Positions 12,784-23,308 of a stretch of DNA of 64,000 nucleotides are shown in pieces. The position numbers and the translations under genes are program-made. The notes under the pieces were generated by a model. It was not told the origin of the DNA. It searched no databases and saw only the letters and a list, made by a program, of their open reading frames with translations. The stretch is taken from positions 39,844,872 to 39,908,871 of the forward strand of contig NC_057719.1 in assembly GCF_004010195.1 (NCBI RefSeq), in the 5' to 3' direction. Each line of letters starts with the position of its first letter. Position 1 is the stretch's first letter. The DNA is from Chiloscyllium plagiosum. Its lineage: Eukaryota.

Positions 12784-13608
12784 ACACAATCTTAGGAAAT
12801 GCACAATACCGTTAGGGAGAAAGTTTGTACCTTCGCATTTCATTTACACTCCAGGTTTAGCATTCCATCAAATCAGAGTTAGCTTCTGTGGAAAACACTG
12901 CACTCCCTTTATGAATATTTGCTAAGTTAAAAAACCGGACAGTAGTGCAGGTGTATGCCCATCGAGATGACTGCAATGGCTCAAGAAGGCAGCTCAGCAC
13001 AACCTTCTCAAAGGCATAGGAATGGGGAATACATTCTACTTTTTTTTCCAAGTAATACACACAACCCACAAAAGAGTGAATGCAATTAGAGTGAATTACA
13101 AAAATCGAATAACCCACCACATTTTAATAGGTATTGGAGCTCAAATGCAGTACCACGTTTTAAAAATGAAATAATTGGATATTAATATTTAAAACATTTG
13201 AACAGTGCCTGGTGCTTCACAAATGTAAATGGTCCAAAATAGTAAGATATAAAAATCAAGTAATTAATGTAGAAAGAACATCTTTATACCATAATTGACA
13301 AAGCTTGGATAATATCAACAAAAGAAATGCAAGCAAGAGCCTAAAGTTATAATCCCTATTGAGAGCAATAAATGTAATGAGAGAAGAGTTTCAACAGAAA
13401 GAAAATTGCTGGGCAAGATTTCACTTTAAAAGCTTTATTGTTGCAAACCAATAAAATAAAAACAATTTTAAACTTTAGTTAACAACTGATGGAAAATTCA
13501 AAAAAGGGTCAATTTCACTTTGAATACTTGATACAGACTTATGCCTTACATAATTAAAAGCACTTACTTGCTACACAAATATAGCATCACATGCAATCTC
13601 TCAGTCTT
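12784..13608 (-). repeat. Right arm (derived copy) of the 825-bp inverted duplication
   Basis: Reverse complement of 9751-10575. Confidence 0.95.
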
Positions 13609-13890
13609 AGAATTAGAGGGGGTCATTTCAGAACAGAAATGCGGAGACATTTCTTGAGCCAGAGAGTGGTGGGCCTGTGGAATTCATTGCCACGGAGTGC
13701 AGTGGAAGCCGGGACGCTAAATATCTTCAAGGCCGAGATTGATAGATTCTTGTTGTCTAGAGGAATTAAGGGCTACGGGGAGAACGCTGGTAAGTGGAGC
13801 TGAAATGCGCATCAGCCATGATTGAATGGCGGAGTGGACTCGATGGGCCGAATGGCCTTACTTCCACTCCTATGTCTTATGGTCTTATGG
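13602..13890 (+). mobile_element. 5'-truncated, young-looking CR1 3' end
   Basis: SLRIRGGHFRTEMRRHFLSQRVVGLWNSLP...KGYGENAGKWS, CpGs retained, (TCTTATGG)n tail. Confidence 0.9.
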
Positions 13891-14077
13891 TATGGAAATT
13901 GAAACTGCATTGTTGGTGTCACCCTGTATTGCAAACCAGCCATCAAGCCAACTAAGCTAACCAACCCCCTAACTTCTAAACATAAGGTTCATTTGGCTAA
14001 CTGTTTAAAATTAATGTACTAAATGTTCCTTCCAACTTTAAAATGTACACAGATTCGTTCTAAATCAGTTTTGGAAA

Positions 14078-14395
14078 TGACTTGGAGATGCCGCTGTTGG
14101 ACTGGGGTGTACAAAGTTAAAAATCACACAACACCAGGTTATAGTCCAACAGGTTTAATTGGAAGTACTAGCTTTCAGAAAATTGCTTCTTCATCAGGTG
14201 GTTGTGGAGTACACAATTATAAGACATAGAATTTATAGCAAAAGTTTACAATGTGATATAACTGAAATTATACATTGAAAAATACCTTGATTATTTGTTA
14301 AGTCTCTCATCTGTCAGAATGACCATGTTAGTTTCACTTCTTTCATATGTAAATCACAAAACTTTCTTAAAAGTTACATTCTCAGGTGAACTTAA
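14078..14395 (-). mobile_element. PLE 3' end (GAAAGCTA class) with hammerhead motif at 14169-14197
   Basis: Same family as 34593-34880. Minus strand reads CTGATGA-AGAA-GCAATT-TTCT-GAAA-GCTA. Confidence 0.75.
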
Positions 14396-14486
14396 ACTTG
14401 ATGAGGCAGATGATTCTAGGGGTTTGCCATTGATGTGGTGTATAGGCTTCAAAGAGTGGTTTCATTAAATATTTTGTCAAGGCTTA

Positions 14487-14856
14487 TTAGCTGGGTTGAA
14501 ACCCATGTAATAAAAGGGGTAACATGGATGCAGAATTGGTCAAGTGACAGGAAACAGAGTAAATGTGAGCATTTTTGAACTGGATGATGGCAAACAGCAG
14601 TATTGCTCAAAGGTAATTACTTGGGCCACAATCCCTTAGAATTTTTAAAATCTGATGAATACTGAGGTGTGTTAGCTGGGTTGAAACCCATGTAATAAAA
14701 GGGGTAACATGGATGCAGAATTGGTCAAGTGACAGGAAACAGAGTAAATGTGAGCATTTTGAACTGGATGATGGCAAACAGCAGTATTGCTCAAAGGTCA
14801 TTACTTGGGCCGCAATCCCTTAGAATTTTTAAAATCTGATGAATACTGAGGTGTGT
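14487..14856 (+). repeat. 185-bp tandem duplication within a decayed CR1
   Basis: Units 14487-14671 and 14672-14856, 2 mismatches seen. Confidence 0.9.
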
Positions 14857-15480
14857 GGTAAAGGACTTCAAGAGAACAGATTGCCTTTGGTCACCTATTC
14901 CACCAATGTTTAAATTCAGATCTTTAAGTAGTCCCTCAAGATCTAGGATGACTAGCCTTGCCCTGTGTTTTTTTTTGGACTTAACGGTCAGCTCAGAATC
15001 CAATGTGAAATCTGCAAACTCTACTACACGGGGAGCAGACTGTGCTTGAAGAGTTGAATAGATAAGTTGCCTGGAGGTTTGTATATTTTCTAACATCTTT
15101 GCGCAATCCTGAGAGTATTTTTGTATTAAAAAATTGGAACAGGAGTAGTCTATATGGCCCCCTGAACCTGCTCTGATCTAACTTTCCTGTGCTTTCCCCG
15201 TAAACCTTGATTTCCCTACTGATCAAGATTTGGTATCTTTCTGAATGCAACTTCTGTATTTTGGTCAATCATAAGCCAAGAACATCTGTGAGTTGGTGGA
15301 TATGTTTGACTGCAGAGAACATTGCTATTGGACTGCCTTTCTTGACACTGGTCATGAGAAGCTCATGCAAAGGCTTTCGCAGTGGTACTTCTCCAAAGAT
15401 AAAGTCTTCATACACGCAGAGGATCATAGGACTGCTCTCTCCTTAGAGAGAGATAATTAGTGGCAGTTTAACCTGAAAGT

Positions 15481-15710
15481 CGGAGATAGTAAGGACTGCA
15501 GATGATGGAAAGTCAGAGTTGATAAAACGTGGAGCCGGAAAAAGTACATCAGGTCAAGCAGCATCAGAAGAGCAGAAGAGTCGATATGTCAGGCAGGACA
15601 TTTCACCATGTCTTGCTGAAGGGCCCTGCTTGAAATGTTGACTCTCCTGCTCTTATGATGCTGTTTGACCTGCTGTGCTTTTTCTGGCTCCATGTTTATT
15701 TAACATTGAC
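15481..15710. mobile_element. Fold-back PLE-end insertion in a SINE
   Basis: Inverted arms. 14-bp TSD tttaac(c/t)tgaaagt at 15467-15480 and 15711-15724. Degenerate hammerhead near 15616-15640. Confidence 0.75.
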
Positions 15711-15984
15711 TTTAACTTGAAAGTTACTGCACTTCTGGCAAGGGAAGGGGTTGAGAAGGAGAATTCTTCATGGTAACCTCAGTTAGTGCGGGAATTGAAC
15801 TCGGTGGCATCACTCCGCATCAGTGCAATTTGTTGTGTACCATGGCAACGCACTCCAGCTATTTGTTTTGCAACCAAATGTTACATTTTTAAATTATTCA
15901 GCACACTCTGTGCTTTCAGTCAGTCCTTGCCAGCTTTCAGTCTCTCTTAAAGGTACAGTATACACTTACACCTTCATAACACTC

Positions 15985-17645
15985 TTGTCATCTTGTACAC
16001 CTCTGTCAAGTCACCTCTCATCCTTTTTTGCTCCAATGAGAAAAGCCCTAGCTCCCTCAACCTTTCTTCATAATGCATACCCTCCAGTCCAGGCAGCGTC
16101 CTGGTAAATCTCTGCACCTTCGCTAAAGCTTCCACATCCTTCCTATAATGAGGTGACCAGAACTGAACACACTATTCCAAGTGTGGTTTAAATAGGGTTC
16201 TACAGAGCTGTAGCTAACCTTGTAGTTCTTAAACTCAATCCCCCTGCAAATGAAAGCCACCCTCCAATCATCTGGCACTACTCCAGTGAGGACCCAAAGG
16301 TCATTGCCAAAGGTTCAGCAATCTCTTCCCTCGCTTTAAGTAGACACCTTGGGTATATCCTGTCTGGCCCAGGGGACTTATCTATCCTTGTCTTTTTCAA
16401 ACTTTTCAGCATATCCTCCTCCTTAACATAAATCTGTTCGAGCAAATCAGCCTGTTTCATGTTGTCCTCACAAACGTCAAGGTCCCTCTCAGTGGTGAAT
16501 ACTGAAGCAAAGTAATCATTAATGACCTCCCCTACCTCCTCGGACTCAAGATGCAAGTTCCCTGCAGTATACCTGATCGGCCCTAACCTCACTCTGGCCA
16601 TCCTCTTGTTCATCACATAAGTATAGAATGCCTTAGGGTTTTCCTTAATCCTACCCACTAAAGCTTTTTCATGTCCCCTTCTAGTTCTCCTAAGCCCACT
16701 GGCTATAGTAAAGGTCAGGGAGTTGTGATCACCGTCACCAAAATGTTCTCCCACAGAGATCTGACAGCTGGCTTGGTTCATTGCCAAGCACCAAATCCAA
16801 AATGGCTTATCTCTCCACCCTTGAGGCTTCCTGCCTCTATTCTTGATGAAGGGCTTTTGCTTGAAACGTTGATATTCCTGCTCCTCAGATGCTGCCTGAC
16901 CTGCTCTGCTTTTCCAGCACCACTCTGATCTAAACTTCTCTCCCCTGCAGAAAACTCCTAATAAAGTGACTGCTCCTTTCATGTTTGTGACTTCCACCCA
17001 TATTGATCCTGTAGGCAAACCCTCCATGATGACGTCCCTTTCTGCAGCTGTGATACTATCCCTGATTAGCAATGTCACTCCCCCACCTCTTTTACCTCCC
17101 TCCCTATTCCTTTTGAAACATCTACACTCTGGAACATCCAACAACCATTCCTGTTGTTCTGATATCCAAGTCTCCGTAATGGCCCCAACATCATAGAACA
17201 TGGGTAAGTACTTGGAACTAAGTTCATCACCCTTATTCCTGATACTTTTTGCATTAAATAGACACGCTTCAACCCATCACACTGACTGTAGCTTTGCCCT
17301 ACCAACTGTCTATCCTTCGTCACAGACTCTTTGCATGCTGTATCTGGCTGTTCAGTAGCTACTTCATCCTCAGATCCAGAGCTCTGGCCCCCACCCCCTG
17401 CCAAACTAGTTTAAACCCAGCCGAAGAGTTCTAACAAACCTCCCGCCCAGGATATTGGTGCCCTCCAGTTCAGGTGCAACCCATCCTTGTACAGGTCCTA
17501 CCTTCCTCAGATGATCCACATATCTGAAGCCGTCCCTCCTATACCAGCCCTGCAGCCACCTGTTCATTTGCACTTGCTCTCTGTTCCTAGTATCATTAGC
17601 CCATGGCACTGGCAGCAATCCTGAGATTACGACTCTGCTATTCAT
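15985..17645 (-). mobile_element. Internally deleted CR1 (ORF1 esterase end, endonuclease, RT pieces) containing a PLE 3' end at about 16805-16935
   Basis: SRVVISGLLPVP (ORF1), YDVGAITETW, GDHNSL and DKSPGPDRIYPR motifs. Confidence 0.88.
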
Positions 17646-18332
17646 ATCTTTCTATCAAAGACTTCACCTTCTGATCCATGACTTCCATTTCTGATTTCTT
17701 ACCAGCTCAAAAACTTTGTCACACATCTCTATATCATTTCTCTTTAGAACATAACAAACTCAATTACACAGGAAAAAACAGTACTTGCAGCTGAAAGGAA
17801 ATAGACTCATTTTTCCCCCCAGGTAGAGAGGTAGAAGAATTTTTTTAAAAATCAGAATAAATTGTCCAAATTTTCTGCTGCAGATGTCTCGTGGCAGTAG
17901 TCTGGATGAGATTGCCAATTTGCCTTTCTCAAAAAAGATCTGTCAGAATCTTTTGTTGAAGTCTGCTTCATTGTGACATTTCTTTCCCATGTTAGGAGCC
18001 AATAAGACAGACCCAGACTTGCCTCTAGCATAATCCTAGGATCAATCAACTCCTCTCTCAGGACATTATACGGTGTGCTATCCGAGGTTTGCAGTTTTTC
18101 TCAGAAGCAATAATTTTCAGATTCAGTATTTGACGAATACACATATTTGTTTTGAAATGCACACAAATTAAAGTAAATCGCAGGGGAAAGTTCTTCAGCT
18201 TTCAGCATGAAATATTTCACTTCCTATCTGCAAGTAATATTGTGACATCGCTTAAATTCAACATTGCATCGAATTGTAAAAGTGCTTACAGCTGTACCTG
18301 CTTTCGGTAAAATGTTGTTCATTACTTTCCAG

Positions 18333-18396
18333 GAGAAAGAGAAGTTCATACACTCCCGCCTAAAGGCAAAAGGAATAGGATTAAGAGATGAGGAAG
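18333..18396 (+). CDS. COA8: COA8 coding exon (probably exon 3)
   Basis: ttccag|GAG...GAAG|gtgagt. 64 nt, EKEKFIHSRLKAKGIGLRDEE+G. Phase 0 in, phase 1 out, consistent with both neighbours. Confidence 0.93.
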
Positions 18397-20572
18397 GTGA
18401 GTAAACCATAACCTTAATTTTTATTTCAATTAGGTACCTATACATATTTTTTAATTTCTTGCAATATCGTTGTAAAATATTGTCTCTAAGAAATATAAAT
18501 AAACAGGTTTGTGCAGTAATTCTACTTAGATTATTGTGAATATATATAAAATGTTGACATTGAGGAGTGTGCATCACTGAATATTCTTTAGAGTGTTTGA
18601 GTGTTCTTGGCCTTTAGTTTTAAAGATCCCTTGTTACCATGTTTTTAAAACTATTGAAGAAACTCCAACCTTATGTAGAACTTTCACTGTGAAGGGAGAT
18701 GATGTGCACAGAACTTAATATCACTGAAGGTAAAGTACTATACATGACTGATGGCAATGTCTTTCAACATTTACAAATTTTAGTATTTTTTCATCCACCT
18801 GCAGATTATTTAAATTGATGCCACTTGAATTACAAATCCTGCTCATAAATTCCTTATTTAAACATCAGAACTCAATTTGGCCAATAACAACTCTTATCTC
18901 ATAACACCTGTGATATTATGGCATTAGAGGTTGGACACTGACATCAAGTAATCTACTTTGCTAGTGTGTGTGTTTTTGGACTGAATTAACTCAATACCAA
19001 GAATCTGTTTTGCTCTCTGGCAACAGGTAGTAGCTTTGCGTGACATTGAAGCATTGGTCCTCCTTTTCAGCTTTTCAAATTTAGTATTATCTAGTTTTTT
19101 TTTTAGTGATCTCCACTAGCTTTCCAGCCACAAATCCTATTTTAAATGCTATTCTATAGCTGGCCACAAGGAGATGTGCAAGTGTTTTTTCGGCTGATCT
19201 GTGATCTTTTTCTGCACTTCCCCTCTGTGGAGCAATGTTGTGTGTCAATACCTGTGATATTAGTAATCCCAGTTGGGAATTCCAGGCATCAATGGCTTCA
19301 TATATTAAAGCTCCAGGGCACCAAGGAGTGAATGTTTATTATTAATAGTTCATGGAATGTGAGCGTTGCTGAATAGGCCAGCATTTAATGCCTATCCTTA
19401 ATTGTTCTTGAAGTTAGTGGTGAGCTGCTTGCTTGAATTGCTGCAGGTCATGAGTATCCACAGTGCCATTAAGAAGGTATTTAACCCAGTAGTAGCAAAA
19501 TAATTATATATTTCCAAGTTATGATGGAAGTTGGGAGAGGAACTTGCAATTAGTGGAGTTTTCATGCATTTGCTGCCCTTGTTGGAATGTGTACTGAAGC
19601 AGCCTTGATAGGTTGCTCCATAATCTTGTTGATGGTACATACTGTTGCCACTGTGCATCTGTGGTGAAGGAAGTAAAAGTTTTGCAACTGTGGTTGCACT
19701 GCTAGTGAAATGCTGTTTTGTGTTTGAACGTTGTTGAAGGCAAATGAAGAATATTCCATCATACTCCTGATATGTCTTTGAGGATGGTAGACCAACTCTG
19801 GTGTATCAGGAATTAAGTTGCTCGCTACAGAATTCCTAGTCTCTGACTTGGTCTTATGGCCACAGTATTTATATGGCTTATCCATTTTAGTTTCTTGTTA
19901 ATGGCAACCCACAGAATGTTGATAAGATAGGAGGAATTTTATAGAGGCTTTGGAAGGTAGGGTATAGCTTTTAAGTTGAATTGTATGAGCTAGGAATATT
20001 TTTCATTGAGCTGAAAATTTGAAATACTTTAGATTTATCAGTTGTGCCCTGGCCTTTTTTTTATTGTGATACTTCAGTTCAGTGGAAATTTTATGGAGCA
20101 AAAAACAGTTTACTTTTCTAGTAATATGCTGCATTTGTATTCAATTCTCTAATTTTATGTTGTATCACATTAGAACATGGAGTCAGAAATTTGCCATTAG
20201 ATATCATTTTGACTGATATCATGCCTGTGCAGCTGGAACCATCTACTCTTTTCTCATTTCTCTGACCTTTCCTTATGTCTATATATTATACATTATATTT
20301 ATATTTTAATTAAATACATGTGTTGCAGATTATTCCTGACTGAATTGTTTATGTTGAAGCATATTCTAATAAACCTCTTAAAACATTTCTTCTGATCTTT
20401 TGTTCTTTCTTTTTAATTGATGATCTTAGTTCTGGTTCATGTTTACAATTTTCCATTACGTGTGATGCAAAAATTCATATCTCTCAGTAAAGAAATTAGA
20501 ATGTGAGAAAGCTGACTAGGCTGCATTGACATACTTGTGGTTCTGCTTGCCGAGCTGGAAGTTTTTGTTGCA

Positions 20573-20606
20573 AACGTTTCGTCCCCTGGCTAGGCGACAT
20601 CATCAG
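20573..20606 (-). ncRNA. Minimal hammerhead ribozyme motif, left arm
   Basis: Reverse complement of the motif at 21365-21398. Confidence 0.75.
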
Positions 20607-21364
20607 TGCTTGGGAGCCTCCTGCGAAGCGCTTCTTTGATGTTTCCTCCGGTGTTTATAGTGGTCAGTCCCTGCAGCTTCCGGTTGTCAGTTTCAGCTGT
20701 CCGCTGTAGTGGTTGGTATATTGGGTCCAGGTCGATGTGTTTGTTGATGGAGTTTGTGGATGAATGCCATGCCTCTAGGAATTCCCTGGCTGTTCTCTGT
20801 CTGGCTTGCCCTATGATAGTAGTGTTGTCCCAGTCGAATTCATGTTGCTTGTTGTCTGCGTGTGTGGCTATTAAGGATAGCTGGTCGTGTCGTTTCGTAG
20901 CTAGTTGATGTTCATGTATGCGGATTGTTAGCTGTCTTCCTGTTTGTCCTATATAGTGTTTTGTGCAGTCCTTGCATGGTATTTTGTACACTACATTCGT
21001 ATATATAGGACAAACACTATATAGGACAAACAGGAAGACAGCTAACAATCCGCATACATGAACATCAACTAGCCACGAAATGACACGACCAGCTATCCTT
21101 AATAGCCACACACGCAGACAACAAGCAACATGAATTCGACTGGGACAACACTACTATCATAGGGCAAGCCAGACAGAACAGCCAGGGAATTCCTAGAGGC
21201 ATGGCATTCATCCACAAACTCCATCAACAAACACATCGACCTGGACCCAATATACCAACCACTACAGCGGACAGCTGAAACTGACAACCGGAAGCGGCAG
21301 GGACAGACCACTATAAACACCGGAGGAAACATCAAAGAAGCGCTTCGCAGGAGGCTCCCAAGCA

Positions 21365-21398
21365 CTGATGATGTCGCCTAGCCAGGGGACGAAACGTT
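21365..21398 (+). ncRNA. Minimal hammerhead ribozyme motif, right arm
   Basis: gca-CTGATGA-T-GTCGCCT-AGCC-AGGGGAC-GAAA-CGTT-tgc: core boxes, stem II with one G.G mismatch, AAACGTTT palindrome and a 3-bp stem I. Confidence 0.75.
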
Positions 21399-22118
21399 TG
21401 CAACAAAAACTTCCAGCTCGGCGAACAGAACCACAACAACGAGCACCCGAGCTACAAATCTTCGCACAAACTTTGAACAATTGACATACTTATTGTGTGG
21501 CATGAGGAAGTCTAGATCTTGGTTAGTTAACACCAATTTGGAACAGTGCATCTGAATGGGAAGGAGTTTTAAAATAATTTCAGTTGTTATACAAATGTAG
21601 TTTTTTTTACAAAAATCTAAATTTTTTTCAAAACTGTGATGCACTATTGAAAGGTTCAGCCTGAATACAAGGACCTCTGAATTTGGTCATCTCGGGGGGG
21701 AAAACTACCTTTTAACAACAGTGAGAACATGTTTATGTGTCTTTATAGTTAGCAATGTGTGAAGAAAATTGTAGGTATTCATCTGCATTGAAATGTGATT
21801 GCTGAGAATGATATTCATTGAATTGTATAATTAGACAAAAACTGTTATTTCTATTTGAAAACCAAACTTTTCCTGATACCAAAGAACAGACAAGTGTAAA
21901 ATGAATCAATTTCTTATGTTTTTTATATCTTTTTGCTTGTGTTCAGTAAAATACTCAGCTAAGAATAAATTATAACTGGAATGCCATTCTGCTTCTAGTT
22001 CTTAAATATCTACAAGATGCTTTTTACTCAAGGCAGCTTCATTTAATAGCAGCTGATCATATAAGTTTATATCTTAGACAGTGCTTATGATTTTAATTGG
22101 TGATATTATATTTTTCAG

Positions 22119-22209
22119 GGAGAAAAAATACTCTCAGTGCAGAAGAGATGGCTGAATTTTATAAGGATTTTCTTGATGTAAATTATAATAAACATGTGAA
22201 CTATAATAA
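22119..22209 (+). CDS. COA8: COA8 coding exon (probably exon 4)
   Basis: tttttcag|GG...AA|gtaagt. 91 nt, (G)[29 protein letters not shown]. Phase 1 in, phase 2 out. Confidence 0.93.
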
Positions 22210-23029
22210 GTAAGTCAACCTACTGATTAAATTTTAAATAGTGTAAGCAATGTTTAAATATTTGATTTTATTAAGAGGGCTACAAATTAATTGGCAGTGT
22301 GGTATGAAACAAAGAACTGCGGATGCTGGAGATCTGAAACAAAAGCAGAAATTGCTGGAAAAACTCAGCAGGTCTGGCAACATTTGTGGGAAGAAAACAG
22401 AGTTAATGTTTCAAGTCCGGTAACTCTATATCAGAACTTAGTGTAGTCTGCTGTGTTTGAGAAGTAATTTATTCTCAGACATAAAAAATAATGTTAGTGT
22501 GATTATTTCTGTAAGTTGTATACCACTATAGCTATGTACATATAGCAAATTAAAATAAATAATCTCTTGCTTTACAATGTATAAACTTCCCTACCAATAT
22601 TGAGATCTGATCAATAAATCTGATGGTTTTAGGTAGAACATATATGTAGTATTGCAACATTACATTCATAAGTGAAGGAGAAAACTGACCAGAAATTTTA
22701 AAGATGCCCTGTTCACTTTTTTCCCCTAAAGTACATTGTAGTGAGGTGAATAATAGCTAAATGAAAATGGAGAGGCTAATAAAAACAGATTTAAAGTTTG
22801 AGATTCTGATCAAAGTTCTTCATTTTATCCTCACCTTTATCAAGGTATTATTATTGTCAACAGGTTGAAATCAAACCATTTATATATTGCTGGACAGAAA
22901 GGAAATTGCTGAAATACATTGCTCAACATTGTAATACTCTGAAGTTTCATGCCTAAATTAGGTATAACTTTATAACCTAGTGAATGTTGTCAAATGAATA
23001 AGTCACTTTTTCCATGTTTCTTCAATTAG

Positions 23030-23132
23030 GGAATGGTACAAGCGTAATTTTACTATCACATGGTTAATGGGTCGAGTTGTGCTGCAGAATGCCTGGAGGA
23101 AACTGAGAAAGAGGAAGGAAGTCGAACAATGA
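23030..23132 (+). CDS. COA8: COA8 last coding exon
   Basis: ttcaattag|G then (K)EWYKRNFTITWLMGRVVLQNAWRKLRKRKEVEQ and TGA at 23130-23132. Matches the COA8 WYKRNF C-terminal motif. Confidence 0.93.
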
Positions 23133-23302
23133 AGATCCTGTTCTATGAAAAGTTTAATTGGATTTAAATGCTTGGAGTTGAAACTTAATTTTGTCATGAG
23201 GATATTAAGATCTGGTTATAAATTTAGCATCTTGAATTAAAGGTATCCTAAGACATACACAATTGTAATCAAATTATGATGTATATTCTGTGTTTAAAGT
23301 TA

Positions 23303-23308
23303 AATAAA
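23303..23308 (+). terminator. Probable COA8 polyadenylation signal
   Basis: AATAAA about 170 nt after the stop codon, followed by GT-rich sequence (ttgtgtgtttt...tgtgtttgtgtag). A second AATAAA is at 23422-23427. Confidence 0.6.

Larger units (their letters stand above)
12690..13968 (-). mobile_element. Old tRNA-derived SINE split into 12690-12783 and 13891-13968 by a composite insertion
   Basis: Minus-strand head gggttggttagcttagttggc at about 13967. The halves match the related SINE at 15410-15480 plus 15711-15830 (ggttgagaagg...ggaattgaac...ggcatcac). Confidence 0.65.
20537..21479. mobile_element. Penelope/Poseidon-type PLE: two 5'-truncated GIY-YIG 3' ends in inverted orientation
   Basis: NVVYKIPCKDCTKHYIGQTGRQLTIRIHEH...AREFLEAW (GIY-YIG). 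Arms 20535-20961 and 21012-21436. 12-bp TSD attgacatactt at 20525-20536 and 21480-21491. Confidence 0.93.

Noticed and set aside
10239..13120. Two near-identical 87-aa ORFs (10239-10502 + and 12857-13120 -) as duplicated genes
   Set aside because: They are by-products of the inverted duplication, start at a non-ATG codon and show no recognisable protein features.
9751..13608. Inverted repeat as a circRNA-promoting pair
   Set aside because: No exon was found between the arms.
16278..17201. 307-aa ORF as a novel gene
   Set aside because: It is a chance in-frame chimera of deleted CR1 ORF2 pieces and an antisense PLE end.
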